From an uncultured bacterium (GTDB lineage: Bacteria > Oederibacteriota > JAAXVQ01 > JAUVAV01): DNA of 64,000 nucleotides. Position numbers and translations under genes: made by a program. Positions 18,685 to 28,318 of the stretch are shown here, one piece after another (the first letter of the stretch is position 1; every line of letters starts with the position of its first letter). The stretch is from assembly GCA_963710755.1 (NCBI GenBank), contig CAVQBK010000005.1, positions 32,001-96,000 of the forward strand. Direction: 5' to 3'. The notes under the pieces are model-generated. The model did no database searches. It was not told where the DNA came from and saw nothing but the letters and a program-made list of their open reading frames with translations.

Positions 18685-19751
18685 CCACGCCGGTTAAAGA
18701 CCATCTGGCCAATCTCAACCGATTAGCCGCCCGCCTGGAAAAGCCCATCAAACTAATGGAAGTTTGCGGCACCCATACCATGGCTGCTTTTCGCTCAGGC
18801 CTGCGTTCGGCCTTGCCCGATCAGATCCGATTAATCTCAGGCCCAGGTTGTCCGGTTTGTGTCACCCCGGTGGGTTATGTGGACCATGCCTTGGCCTTGG
18901 CTCAACTGCCGGAGGTGATCATCACCACTTTTGGCGATATGATCCGTGTACCCGGCTCAAGCCATGCCCTGGAAACCGCCCGGGCCCAGGGTGCTGATGT
19001 ACGGGTTGTCTATGCACCTACTGATGCCCTGGCCTTGGCCCAGGCCCATCCTGAAAAAACCGTGGTCTTCCTGGGCGTGGGCTTTGAAACCACGGTCCCG
19101 GCCGTGGCCTGGACCATCAAGGAAGCCCAACATCTCAATGTGTCCAATTTCAAAGTCCTCTGCGCCCACAAAACCATGCCCCAAGCTATGGAGGCGCTGC
19201 TCAAAGATCAAACCATTGGGCTCAACGGGTTTGTTTGCCCCGGACATGTGAGTGTTGTTATCGGCGCCGACAGCTACCAGTTCATTGCCCGTGACTTCAA
19301 AATCCCGGCGGTGGTGACAGGGTTTGAACCCATCGATATGGTATTGGGCATTGAGATGCTGGTAAAACAGCTGCTGGAACACCGGGCCCAAGTAGAAATT
19401 CAATACACACGCAGCGTGGATTTCCAGGGGAATCAGGCTGCCCAACAATTAATCCATGAGGTTTTCGAGCCAGCGGACACCCAATGGCGGGGCCTGGGCA
19501 CCATTGCCCAAAGCGGTCTGGCCATTCGTGCAGCTTACAGCAGCTTTGACGCGGCTGCCCATTTCCACAACATCACGGTGCCCGAACCTCAGGAACCCAA
19601 GGGCTGCTTATGCGGCCAAGTACTTCGCGGTGTGGCCATACCCCCTGATTGTCCTTTATACAAAACTCGTTGTACCCCGCGCACACCAGTAGGTGCTTGT
19701 ATGGTTTCCGGCGAGGGAACTTGCGCGGCCTATTATAAATACGGTCTGTAG
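18681..19751 (+). CDS. hypD: Hydrogenase formation protein HypD
   Basis: MEVCGTHT, GPGCPVCV, GFETT, PGHVS, GACMVSGEGTCAAYY. Confidence 0.97.
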   Translation: MTTPVKDHLANLNRLAARLEKPIKLMEVCGTHTMAAFRSGLRSALPDQIRLISGPGCPVCVTPVGYVDHALALAQLPEVIITTFGDMIRVPGSSHALETARAQGADVRVVYAPTDALALAQAHPEKTVVFLGVGFETTVPAVAWTIKEAQHLNVSNFKVLCAHKTMPQAMEALLKDQTIGLNGFVCPGHVSVVIGADSYQFIARDFKIPAVVTGFEPIDMVLGIEMLVKQLLEHRAQVEIQYTRSVDFQGNQAAQQLIHEVFEPADTQWRGLGTIAQSGLAIRAAYSSFDAAAHFHNITVPEPQEPKGCLCGQVLRGVAIPPDCPLYKTRCTPRTPVGACMVSGEGTCAAYYKYGL

Positions 19752-19898
19752 AGCCTGTTATGGTGATGTGTCCTTAAAAGTCGGGGCGTATTGCCCCCTT
19801 ACACGGGGATCCATGACCCTATGCCCTTACACAGGCCCGGCATTAAAAAACGTCTTTCCATACCAGAAACCAATTAATTGATCATTTAGGAGCATGCC

Positions 19899-20918
19899 AT
19901 GTCTTCCTTTCAGGAATCCCTTATATTACTTGCCCATGGCGGTGGTGGTGATCAGACCAACAGCCTTATCAAGGACCTGATCTTATCCAAATTTGCCAAT
20001 CCTATTCTTGAGCAACTCGATGACAGTGCTTGCCTGACCCTGCCTTCCAACCAGGTGGTGTTCACGACGGATTCCTATGTGGTCAATCCCCTGTTTTTCC
20101 CTGGCGGTGACATCGGCAAATTGGCAGCCTGTGGCACTTTAAACGATTTGGCCATGCAAGGCGCCAAACCGCTTTACCTGAGTATGGGATTGATCCTGGA
20201 AGAAGGGTTGGAAATAAGTGCGCTGGACCGGATTTTAAAGAGCATGGCCGACGTGATCAATCCGCTCGGGGTCAAGGTTGTGACTGGTGACACCAAAGTA
20301 GTGCAGCGGGGTCACGGCCATGGGTGTTTCATCAACACGACCGGTTTGGGAGTGGCTTTGCCGGGTATTGATGTGCATGCGGGCAACGCCAAGCCCGGGG
20401 ACAAAATTATCTTAACCGGCACCATGGGGGATCACGGCATGGCCATCATGTGCCAGCGGGAAGGCTTAAAATTGTCTTCCCCCTTGCTCAGCGATACCGC
20501 AGCCCTTTGGCCTATGATGGAATCACTTCTGAACGGTATTCCAGAGGTTTCAGTGCTGCGTGATCCTACCCGTGGCGGGGTGGCAGCTGCTTTAAACGAT
20601 ATTGCGCGGGCCTCAGGCTGCGGTATCAACATAATGGAATCACGCCTTCCGATACGGCCGGAAGTACGCGGCGCAGCCAGTCTCTTGGGTTTGGATCCCC
20701 TTGCCATTGCCAATGAAGGTAAGGCCATCGTGGTTTGCCCATCGGCCAAGGCGGACGATGCCCTTAAACTGATCCAATCATCACCTTTAGGACAGGACGC
20801 GGCCATCATTGGCGAGGTGGCCGCAGAACATCCCGACCAGGTCTTCCTGCAGACCACCCTTGCAGGCAGACGGTTGCTTGATTATCCCAGCGGGGAAATG
20901 TTGCCAAGGATTTGCTGA
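19899..20918 (+). CDS. hypE: Carbamoyl dehydratase HypE
   Basis: LAHGGGG, FTTDSYVV, GDTKVV, RDPTRGG, C-terminal LPRIC. Confidence 0.97.
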   Translation: MSSFQESLILLAHGGGGDQTNSLIKDLILSKFANPILEQLDDSACLTLPSNQVVFTTDSYVVNPLFFPGGDIGKLAACGTLNDLAMQGAKPLYLSMGLILEEGLEISALDRILKSMADVINPLGVKVVTGDTKVVQRGHGHGCFINTTGLGVALPGIDVHAGNAKPGDKIILTGTMGDHGMAIMCQREGLKLSSPLLSDTAALWPMMESLLNGIPEVSVLRDPTRGGVAAALNDIARASGCGINIMESRLPIRPEVRGAASLLGLDPLAIANEGKAIVVCPSAKADDALKLIQSSPLGQDAAIIGEVAAEHPDQVFLQTTLAGRRLLDYPSGEMLPRIC

Positions 20919-20940
20919 AGGTGTGGTTTATAACAAGGAC

Positions 20941-21366
20941 CTAGTGGACTTCGGAACGGTAAAGATTATTGTCCTGAAGGAATTGTTTGAAGCGTGGTTG
21001 ATGTTCTGCATCGATCTGACAGAATTTGACGCCAATACTATAATTGTTGCTCTCCGCTTCCCGGCACCATACCAATTCTGCCAACACCAGCACGGGCGTG
21101 CATTCCTCTTCCCCATAGCATTCTTTGGTAATTTCCATAGACCCGTTGCTTTCGTTGGGAATAAAAAGATTCATCATGATGTGCTGGCCGGTAGGTATGA
21201 AGCGATCCGAGGTGGCCCCCAAACCCATGGCGCCCAAATCTTTGCTGGTGGCTTCAAGAGCGTGGAAGACTTTGCCTTCTTCAAAATACTTGTAATGAAC
21301 GGGCAATTCGATTTTGGTCCTTGGATAGGCACGCGTTTTTAACAGCTTGCGCGTTGTTTTCTCCAT
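20941..21366 (-). CDS. Stand-alone PilZ-domain protein
   Basis: RAYPR (RxxxR) and DLGAMG (variant DxSxxG), beta-rich, ends IGVKF; GGAGGGG SD. Confidence 0.85.
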   Translation of the reverse strand: MEKTTRKLLKTRAYPRTKIELPVHYKYFEEGKVFHALEATSKDLGAMGLGATSDRFIPTGQHIMMNLFIPNESNGSMEITKECYGEEECTPVLVLAELVWCREAESNNYSIGVKFCQIDAEHQPRFKQFLQDNNLYRSEVH

Positions 21367-21617
21367 CTCGATCCCCTCCTTCCGACCTTCTCACCCGGTT
21401 CCAAGACAACTTTCCACAGTCAACTGATGCTGTTAGCATTTAATTGACACTTTCCTGGAGAACCATCCTACCTTGTTCTCCACTATTATTTTCACGCTGC
21501 CGGCTTAATCGCGCAAGGGTTTTATTGAGCTCCGCTTGGATTTTCAGAATCCCGGACGAGAAGTTGACGCACACCTTTTTCCGGTCGTTTTGGAAACCAT
21601 AAATCGACGCTCAAGAC

Positions 21618-22214
21618 CTAAAGTCTTTTTTTTATCACATCAACGATTTTAATCAGCGCCAGGGCACGATGAGAGATGGCGTTTTTTTCGCGGGGACTCA
21701 TTTGCGCAAAGGTACGACACTCCCCGCGGGGAATAAATAAAGGATCATAACCAAAGCCAGCCTGCCCTTGCGGCGCCTCGGCAATGGAGCCCCAGATCTT
21801 CCCTAGGCGGGTAAAGCTTTTTTCACCGGGAAAGGCGAGCGCCATGACCGTGGCAAAATAGGCTCTGCGTTCCCGACCCTTAAACGGTTTCATGGCTCGC
21901 AACAATTTACGGTTGTTGGCTGACGTATCACAGGCCGGACCGGCATAGCGGGCAGATTTCACCCCTGGCTGATTGTCCAGGGCCGGGACGAATAAACCCG
22001 AATCATCCGCCAAGACGGGACGGTTGAAAGCCTTGGCCATGGTTTGGGCCTTTTTCAGAGCATTGGCCGTTAGGGTGTCGCCGTCCTCCTTGATATCCGG
22101 CAGGGGCGGGAAGGCAGACAGCGGTTTAATCTGATAGGCGCTGCCCCGTAGCATCTTTTTAATTTCCCTGACCTTATGCTCATTCTTGGTGGCCATAATG
22201 ATAACTTTTTTCAT
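21618..22214 (-). CDS. rdgB: dITP/XTP pyrophosphatase
   Basis: ATKNEHKVRE, LADDSGL, PGVKSARYA, GFGYDPLF, KNAISHR. Confidence 0.97.
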   Translation of the reverse strand: MKKVIIMATKNEHKVREIKKMLRGSAYQIKPLSAFPPLPDIKEDGDTLTANALKKAQTMAKAFNRPVLADDSGLFVPALDNQPGVKSARYAGPACDTSANNRKLLRAMKPFKGRERRAYFATVMALAFPGEKSFTRLGKIWGSIAEAPQGQAGFGYDPLFIPRGECRTFAQMSPREKNAISHRALALIKIVDVIKKRL

Positions 22215-22233
22215 GGGGTGTACCTCTTAGAGT

Positions 22234-22302
22234 CTCTGTCTGAATTATCTAGGCGGGACGCTTAGATAATTCAGACTAGAGCCTCTTATCCAGCTTCGCT
22301 GG
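22234..22302. repeat. Long intergenic inverted repeat plus a second small hairpin
   Basis: GTCTGAATTATCTA (22238-22251) / TAGATAATTCAGAC (22263-22276) are perfect 14-bp arms with an inner GGCG-GGA-CGCT; followed by CCAGC-TTC-GCTGG (22290-22302). Confidence 0.85.
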
Positions 22303-22303
22303 G

Positions 22304-23014
22304 TTACGATAACAGCGCTTTTTGCTTGGCCAGTAACTGGTTAATGCCCTTTTCTGCCAAATCCAACATCCGGTCCAGGTCCTGCCTTGAAAAAGCTTCT
22401 TTTTCCGCCGTGCCCTGAATTTCGATCAACTTGCCCGAACCGGTCATGATCACATTCATATCCACATCAGCCTGGCTGTCTTCCTCGTAGCATAAATCCA
22501 GCAACAACTTCCCTTTGACCATTCCCAGGGAAACCGCGGCGACTTGGTCTTTCAGGGGAGATGTGGTCAGCTTGTTCTGGCTGAGCAGCACCTGCACGGC
22601 GTCAGCCAGGGCCACATAAGCGCCGGTAATACTGGCCGTGCGTGTACCACCGTCCGCCTGAATGACATCACAATCAAGAATGATGGTGCGCTCGCCCAAT
22701 TTTTCCAAATCCACCACCGTACGCAAGACACGGCCAATCAAACGCTGGATTTCCTGGGTTCTGCCGCTTTTATGTCCTCCGGATTCCCGCTTAATGCGTG
22801 TGGGAGAGCTTCGCGGCAGCATGCCATATTCAGCCGTGACCCACCCCTGTTTTTTACCTTTCAAAAAGGGTGGTACATCCTCCAAAATGGTGGCTGTACA
22901 CAATACTTTGGTATAGCCGGTTTCAATCAAAACCGCCCCCTCCACATCTTTTAAATAATTTTTGGTCATGTTCAAAGGACGTAATTCGTCGGCTTGACGT
23001 TGATCAATTCTCAT
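22304..23014 (-). CDS. rph: Ribonuclease PH
   Basis: [48 protein letters not shown]. Confidence 0.98.
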   Translation of the reverse strand: MRIDQRQADELRPLNMTKNYLKDVEGAVLIETGYTKVLCTATILEDVPPFLKGKKQGWVTAEYGMLPRSSPTRIKRESGGHKSGRTQEIQRLIGRVLRTVVDLEKLGERTIILDCDVIQADGGTRTASITGAYVALADAVQVLLSQNKLTTSPLKDQVAAVSLGMVKGKLLLDLCYEEDSQADVDMNVIMTGSGKLIEIQGTAEKEAFSRQDLDRMLDLAEKGINQLLAKQKALLS

Positions 23015-23778
23015 GCATTCAGCTCCTGTTTGATAATTTGAAGGCAGCCCAAGGCCCCTGTATATTCCGGAAAAGACGGCACCATCACTTCATAGCCGGC
23101 CTTTTGCAAATAATGCACCAATGCCGTGTGATGGGCGCCACCGCCGGTAAAAACCAGTTTTTTTTCAGGCCAGTGGTCCAGCATGGGTCTGATCCTCATG
23201 AAGGTGGAATGGTTGACACCGGCACACAAGCGTGCCAGGGAAACGCCGTCGGCAATTTTCCCGATCAATTCCGATTCCGCATAGGTTGCACAAGTGGTGG
23301 ATAAAGCCTCAGGATCCTGATAGTAACTGCCCAGCTCTTCCAGCGATATCTCCATGACCTGGGCCATGGCTTCCAGATAACGGCCGCTGCCGGCTGCACA
23401 TTTGTCATTAATCTGAAAATCATCCACATGGCCGTCCTGAACCAGAATGACTTTGGTGTCTTGACCGCCCAGGTCGAGCAATAGAAATTCCTTCCACGGC
23501 ACCTGGCCTGCGGCGCCCAAGGCATGCGCTTGGATTTCACTGATGACCCGCACCTGGTGAAAGTGGATGTTGTTGCGCCCATAGCCCGTGGCCACCATTT
23601 GATCGGGCACGGCAAGCTTCAAGGTGCCAAAATCAAAGCCCAACGACGCAGAATCATTGAGCTTTAAAACATCCTTGTAAAAACGGGTGGTGGGCCAGCA
23701 CAGCCTTTGTTGTTGCCCGTTGGCTTCCCAGACCAGTTTAACTTGTCGTGATCCAATATCCATACCCAGCAGCATCAT
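23011..23778 (-). CDS. 2-hydroxyacyl-CoA dehydratase activase (HgdC/HadI/BadF-type ASKHA ATPase, [4Fe-4S])
   Basis: [48 protein letters not shown]. Confidence 0.92.
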   Translation of the reverse strand: MMLLGMDIGSRQVKLVWEANGQQQRLCWPTTRFYKDVLKLNDSASLGFDFGTLKLAVPDQMVATGYGRNNIHFHQVRVISEIQAHALGAAGQVPWKEFLLLDLGGQDTKVILVQDGHVDDFQINDKCAAGSGRYLEAMAQVMEISLEELGSYYQDPEALSTTCATYAESELIGKIADGVSLARLCAGVNHSTFMRIRPMLDHWPEKKLVFTGGGAHHTALVHYLQKAGYEVMVPSFPEYTGALGCLQIIKQELNA

Positions 23779-24779
23779 GATCTTATCCTTTGCTTATGAC
23801 GGAGCATTTCCAAAAAAGCATCCAGCCTGGTTTTACTGCGGCCATCGAGCGCGCCCACGCGATCACCCTCCAGGGTTAAAACCGGTACGTTCAACTGCTT
23901 TTTAAAAACGGTGTCCTCCAACTGGTGATGACAAAAAGACTGCACATAATGAATACAGCCATCCAACTGCCTGAGCGCAATCTGACTTTTAATGTCCTCT
24001 AAGCGTCCGTAAACACTGTATGGGTAAGTATAGGTCAAATATTGATCAAGAAGATCCTTTTGGTAATTGGGCATGGCAAATTGCCGCGCCACTTCATGGT
24101 AAACCACCCTCGACCCCTGGGCTTCCAAATAGCCGTGGAGATTGGTGTAAACGCCGGGCACGCCCAGGAGTCCCAACCGCACCCCGGGGGCGGATGGATT
24201 CGCTGATGTCCCCTGCTCAAGCTTCTCAAGTTCCAGATAAAAACTGTCCGGATCAGATTTGAAATCAGAACAATTGATCAACGCTTCAAAATTATCCTGA
24301 CCGCTGACATCCCCGTCGTGCCAAGTGCGGTAGTCCAGATGGTGAGCCAGCGTCCTGATTTGATTCAATCGTCCGTGGGCGTCCTCTACCGTGTCCCAAC
24401 CAACCCCGAAGAGGGCCATCAGCTTCTGCATTTCCACCCGCAACTGTTCCCGCACCTTTCCATAGGGATAGGCAAAAGGAATGAATTCCACATCACTGGG
24501 AAGAAGGGTTTCCAGCATGGTCACCACATGAGCACAATCGCCCTGTACCACGCCGATAACTTTTTTGATCTTCTGTTTCAGAATGGCGCTGTATAGGCCT
24601 TTAACCCAGGTACAGGTAGACCGGGGCAATCCTGCCCGTTCAGCGGTTGCAATCAGGTCCAGGGGCGCTTCATCGGTGATAAACACATTATTCAGATCTA
24701 CCGGCTGACGCCGGGCGGCATATATAATTTCCACGGGAATGGTGGAGGTTATACCTATTTTTTCCTGGTTCACGGTCAT
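23775..24779 (-). CDS. 2-hydroxyacyl-CoA dehydratase D-component family protein (HgdAB/BcrBC-like, single subunit)
   Basis: PVEIIYAA, STCTWVKG, QGDC, QSFCHH, PVLTLEGD, TRLDAFLEML terminus; adjacent activase. Confidence 0.88.
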   Translation of the reverse strand: MTVNQEKIGITSTIPVEIIYAARRQPVDLNNVFITDEAPLDLIATAERAGLPRSTCTWVKGLYSAILKQKIKKVIGVVQGDCAHVVTMLETLLPSDVEFIPFAYPYGKVREQLRVEMQKLMALFGVGWDTVEDAHGRLNQIRTLAHHLDYRTWHDGDVSGQDNFEALINCSDFKSDPDSFYLELEKLEQGTSANPSAPGVRLGLLGVPGVYTNLHGYLEAQGSRVVYHEVARQFAMPNYQKDLLDQYLTYTYPYSVYGRLEDIKSQIALRQLDGCIHYVQSFCHHQLEDTVFKKQLNVPVLTLEGDRVGALDGRSKTRLDAFLEMLRHKQRIRS

Positions 24780-25553
24780 CTAAGCAATACCCATCAATTT
24801 ATGAATTTGCGGCAATAGGCGAACACGCTGATGATGACGCCGGGCGGTTTTAAGCAAGGGATAGCAATAGGCCGATTGGGATAGCTTTAGCTTTTTGTCC
24901 GCCAATGGTTGCAGAATAAGTTCCCATTCCGGCGATAATTGCTGCATGAGCTTGGCGATGGTCACCATCTCCCGGCCTGTGGTTTGGGGACTGACCACGG
25001 CTTTGATCCAACCTGTTTTTTTTCCTGCCATTTTTAAAAAAGCGCGGTGCAGCTTGAAAGGCATCGGTTTACCAGTGGTGGATTTAAGTTTCATATCCAT
25101 GGACACAGCATCCACATAAGGAAGAACCCGTCCCAATGCTTCCGCCCAAATTCCATTGGTTTCCAACATAACCGGCAAGGCCTGCGGCCATTTTTTCATA
25201 ATCCGCAAAAAAGCTTCCAAAAAGTCAACCTGTTCCAACGGCTCCCCGCCGGTTATAGCCAGACTGTGAAAAGGTCCGCATTTGGACATCAACTTTTCGA
25301 CCAAATAGGCCAGACCTTCGGGAGAAAAGGGATTGTTCAAGGACCAGTGTTTTTTGCCATTGGGCATGAAATAAACGCGCGCTTTTTTAGGGTTGTCTGA
25401 TTGTGCCCAGGCCGTATCGCAATAGGCACAGTCAAAATGACAACCCGCCAGGCGCACAAACAACTGATACCTGCCCATCCACAGCCCTTCACCTTGCAAG
25501 CTGGGAAAAACTTCGGCCACGATGCCCGTCTTAAGGCTCATAATATCGAACAA
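24780..25553 (-). CDS. queE: 7-carboxy-7-deazaguanine synthase (radical SAM)
   Basis: EVFPSLQGEG, FVRLAGCHFDCAYCDT, TGGEP, LETNG, RLLPQIHK. Confidence 0.93.
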   Translation of the reverse strand: MFDIMSLKTGIVAEVFPSLQGEGLWMGRYQLFVRLAGCHFDCAYCDTAWAQSDNPKKARVYFMPNGKKHWSLNNPFSPEGLAYLVEKLMSKCGPFHSLAITGGEPLEQVDFLEAFLRIMKKWPQALPVMLETNGIWAEALGRVLPYVDAVSMDMKLKSTTGKPMPFKLHRAFLKMAGKKTGWIKAVVSPQTTGREMVTIAKLMQQLSPEWELILQPLADKKLKLSQSAYCYPLLKTARRHHQRVRLLPQIHKLMGIA

Positions 25554-25905
25554 AGGCGCGCGACGATTCCCAGACGATAACGGTCTTCATGCTCAGACGG
25601 GGAAAGGCTTTGATTTTCTCTCGGCATTCCCCATAAATGGTTTTCGCCAAATTTTCCGAAGTAGGATTGAGTTCCTTAAACGCCGGCAGCTCATTGAGCA
25701 TGGTATGATCATAGGCTTCCAATATATCCTTCAATATTTTCTTCAAAATACCAAAGTCAACAGCCAAGCCACAATCATCCTGCTCTTCGGCGCTCACCTC
25801 GAGCCTTATTTTCCAGTTGTGCCCATGAAAATTCTCGCATTTGCCCTGATAGCCCCGCAATTGATGCGCTGACGCAATATCCTGTTCCACAACTACATCA
25901 AACAT
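25531..25905 (-). CDS. queD: 6-carboxy-5,6,7,8-tetrahydropterin synthase
   Basis: SAHQLRGYQGKCENFHGHNW, DFG, DHTMLN, NPTSENLA, VWES. Confidence 0.96.
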   Translation of the reverse strand: MFDVVVEQDIASAHQLRGYQGKCENFHGHNWKIRLEVSAEEQDDCGLAVDFGILKKILKDILEAYDHTMLNELPAFKELNPTSENLAKTIYGECREKIKAFPRLSMKTVIVWESSRAFVRYYEP

Positions 25906-26741
25906 TATTTCCTTACCTCCGGTACAATCACCCGCTTAATAGAGGTGATTTTTCTGCCTATGATACGAGTCCCCACTTCTACAAACTGATCGGGAACATC
26001 GGTTACCAGATAATGTTGGACACCTTTTTTAACCGACGGTGTTAACAACTCATGGCTTCTTAAAACTTCAGTCAATTCCTTGGTCACCTCTTCCGCGGAA
26101 TCAATAATGGCCACCTGCTTCCCGCAAACCTGGGCAATCAATTCTTTCAGAGCGGGATAATGGGTGCATCCTAAAATCAGATGGTCTATCTTCTTTTTCA
26201 GAAGGGGCGCCAAGTATTTGCCGATGATCATCTTAGTCTCCTCGGCCTCCAGCCATCCTTCCTCCACCAAAGGTACCAGTAAGGGACAAGGGGCGCCGAC
26301 CACCTTTCGCCGGGGATCAAGTTGATGAATGATCTTGGTATAGGTCTGGGAGTGAATGGTTGCCCGGGTGCCTATAATTCCAACCGTACCCTGGTGTCCG
26401 TCTTTGAGTGCGGCCCGTGCGCCGGGGCCGATAACACCAAGGATAGGAAAAGAAAAATGTCGCTGCAAAGCGGGCAATGCGTAAGCCGAAGCCGTATTGC
26501 AGGCCACCACCAGCGCCTTGATGTGTTGGTCCGCCAGGACCTGCACACATTCCTGAGTGAATCGTTTTACCGTTTCCCCGGCTTTGGTCCCGTAGGGTGT
26601 CCGGGCCGTATCCCCCAGATAGATCAGCGACTCATGCGGCAATTGCCGGTGAATTTCCTTGGCCACAGTCAAGCCTCCCACCCCGGAATCAAAAATACCG
26701 ATCGGGGCTTTGGCCTGTGGTATAAGTTTTCTTAGCGCCAT
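25905..26741 (-). CDS. murI: Glutamate racemase
   Basis: IGIFDSGVGGLTV, GDTARTPYG, VACNTAS, LGCTHYP. Confidence 0.98.
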   Translation of the reverse strand: MALRKLIPQAKAPIGIFDSGVGGLTVAKEIHRQLPHESLIYLGDTARTPYGTKAGETVKRFTQECVQVLADQHIKALVVACNTASAYALPALQRHFSFPILGVIGPGARAALKDGHQGTVGIIGTRATIHSQTYTKIIHQLDPRRKVVGAPCPLLVPLVEEGWLEAEETKMIIGKYLAPLLKKKIDHLILGCTHYPALKELIAQVCGKQVAIIDSAEEVTKELTEVLRSHELLTPSVKKGVQHYLVTDVPDQFVEVGTRIIGRKITSIKRVIVPEVRK

Positions 26742-28303
26742 TTTTTATCGTTTCTTAGTTTGTATTCGATGGCATCAATCAAAGCCTCCCATGATGCTTC
26801 GATGATATTGGTGGAAACACCGACGGTTCCCCATACGTTGCGTTCATCCTGACTTTCCACAAAAACCCGGACTTTGGCATCGGTGCCGGTCTTGGATTCC
26901 AACACCCGGACTTTGTAATCCACCAGCCGCATTTGCTTCAAGCTGCGGTAATAGGGCTCAAAAGCTTTTCTTAAGGCATTATCCATGGCATTAACCGGCC
27001 CGTCTCCTTCGGCGGCCGTGTAGATCAGCTCTCCTTTAATCCGGACTTTGACGGTGGCCTCTGACACCATGGTATTGCCCCGCTGTTCCACGATCACCCG
27101 GTACCCTTCCAAATCAAAAAAAGGATTGGAATGATTTAATTGGCGGTGAACCAGCAGGCGAAAACTGCCGTCTGCCCCCTCGAATTTATAGCCCAGATGC
27201 TCCAGTTCTTTGATCTTTTGAATAATGCTTTTAGCCTCCGTCGACCCGGGTTCAATGGCAAACCCCATTTGATCTGCCTTAAACAGGACCGATGCCACCC
27301 CGGCCTGTTCGGAAACAATGATTCTGCGTTCATTGCCGACCAATTCGGGGTTGATATGTTCATAGGATACAGGGTTCTTTCTCACCGCATCCACATGCAG
27401 ACCACCTTTGTGGGCAAAGGCATTCATCCCCACATAGGGGCTTTGTTCCCGGGGGGTAACATTGGCGATTTCCGCCACTGTTCTTGAGAGTACCGTCAGC
27501 TTGCCCAGTTGTTTGGCATTCAGACAGGCCTGATGCATCTTCAGTTGCAGATTGGGAATGACGGAGCAGAGATTGGCATTACCGCACCGCTCACCATAGC
27601 CATTAATCGTGCCTTGTACCATGGTGGCACCACCGCGAACCGCAGCCAGAGAGTTGGCCACCGCCAGTTCGGTGTCATTGTGAGCATGAATGCCAACAGC
27701 GGTGGGAAAGCTCTCCACCACCAGCCGGGTAATCCGTTCAATGTCATTGGGCATAGTGCCCCCATTGGTGTCGCACAACACCAGCCAGTCCGCACCCGAT
27801 TCAGAGGCTGCCTTTAACACTTTCATGGCATAGGTCTCGTTGGCGAAAAAAGCATCGTAAAAATGCTCAGCATCAAAAAAAACTTTTTTATGCTTGGACT
27901 TTAAATAGCTGACCGTATCTTTGATCATATTCAGGTTTTCTTCCAGGGTGGTGCGGATAACATCTTTCACATGCAAATCCCAGGTTTTACCCACCACCGC
28001 GATAACCGGTGCGGCGGTGTCCAACAAAGCCTGTACCGCCGGATCATCCTTTACTTTATATTTAGCGCGGCGTGTACTGCCAAACGCCACCACTTGGGCA
28101 TGCTTAAAAGGTTGTTTTTGTATGGCTTTGTAAAATTCCAAATCTTTGGTATTGCTTGGTGCCGGATAGCCGCCTTCAATATAGGGAATACGCATGTCAT
28201 CCAAATGACGGGCAATGGCCAGTTTATCTTCCAAGGTAAACTGAATTTCCTCTGCCTGAGAGCCGTCCCGCAAGGTGGTATCATAAATCATTATTTTGGA
28301 CAT
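26732..28303 (-). CDS. cimA: Citramalate synthase (LeuA-family, CimA type)
   Basis: YDTTLRDGSQAE, DAEHFYD, GIHAHND, GERCGNANL, AFAHKGGLH, C-terminal LeuA regulatory domain. Confidence 0.9.
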   Translation of the reverse strand: MSKIMIYDTTLRDGSQAEEIQFTLEDKLAIARHLDDMRIPYIEGGYPAPSNTKDLEFYKAIQKQPFKHAQVVAFGSTRRAKYKVKDDPAVQALLDTAAPVIAVVGKTWDLHVKDVIRTTLEENLNMIKDTVSYLKSKHKKVFFDAEHFYDAFFANETYAMKVLKAASESGADWLVLCDTNGGTMPNDIERITRLVVESFPTAVGIHAHNDTELAVANSLAAVRGGATMVQGTINGYGERCGNANLCSVIPNLQLKMHQACLNAKQLGKLTVLSRTVAEIANVTPREQSPYVGMNAFAHKGGLHVDAVRKNPVSYEHINPELVGNERRIIVSEQAGVASVLFKADQMGFAIEPGSTEAKSIIQKIKELEHLGYKFEGADGSFRLLVHRQLNHSNPFFDLEGYRVIVEQRGNTMVSEATVKVRIKGELIYTAAEGDGPVNAMDNALRKAFEPYYRSLKQMRLVDYKVRVLESKTGTDAKVRVFVESQDERNVWGTVGVSTNIIEASWEALIDAIEYKLRNDKKWR

Positions 28304-28318
28304 TAGCTGTGTCCTCCT

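Noticed and set aside
19749-19838. IS5-like MITE between hypD and hypE (TAGAGCCTGTTA...ACAGGCCC)
   Set aside because: The inverted match is only about 7 of 8 bp with no clear target duplication.
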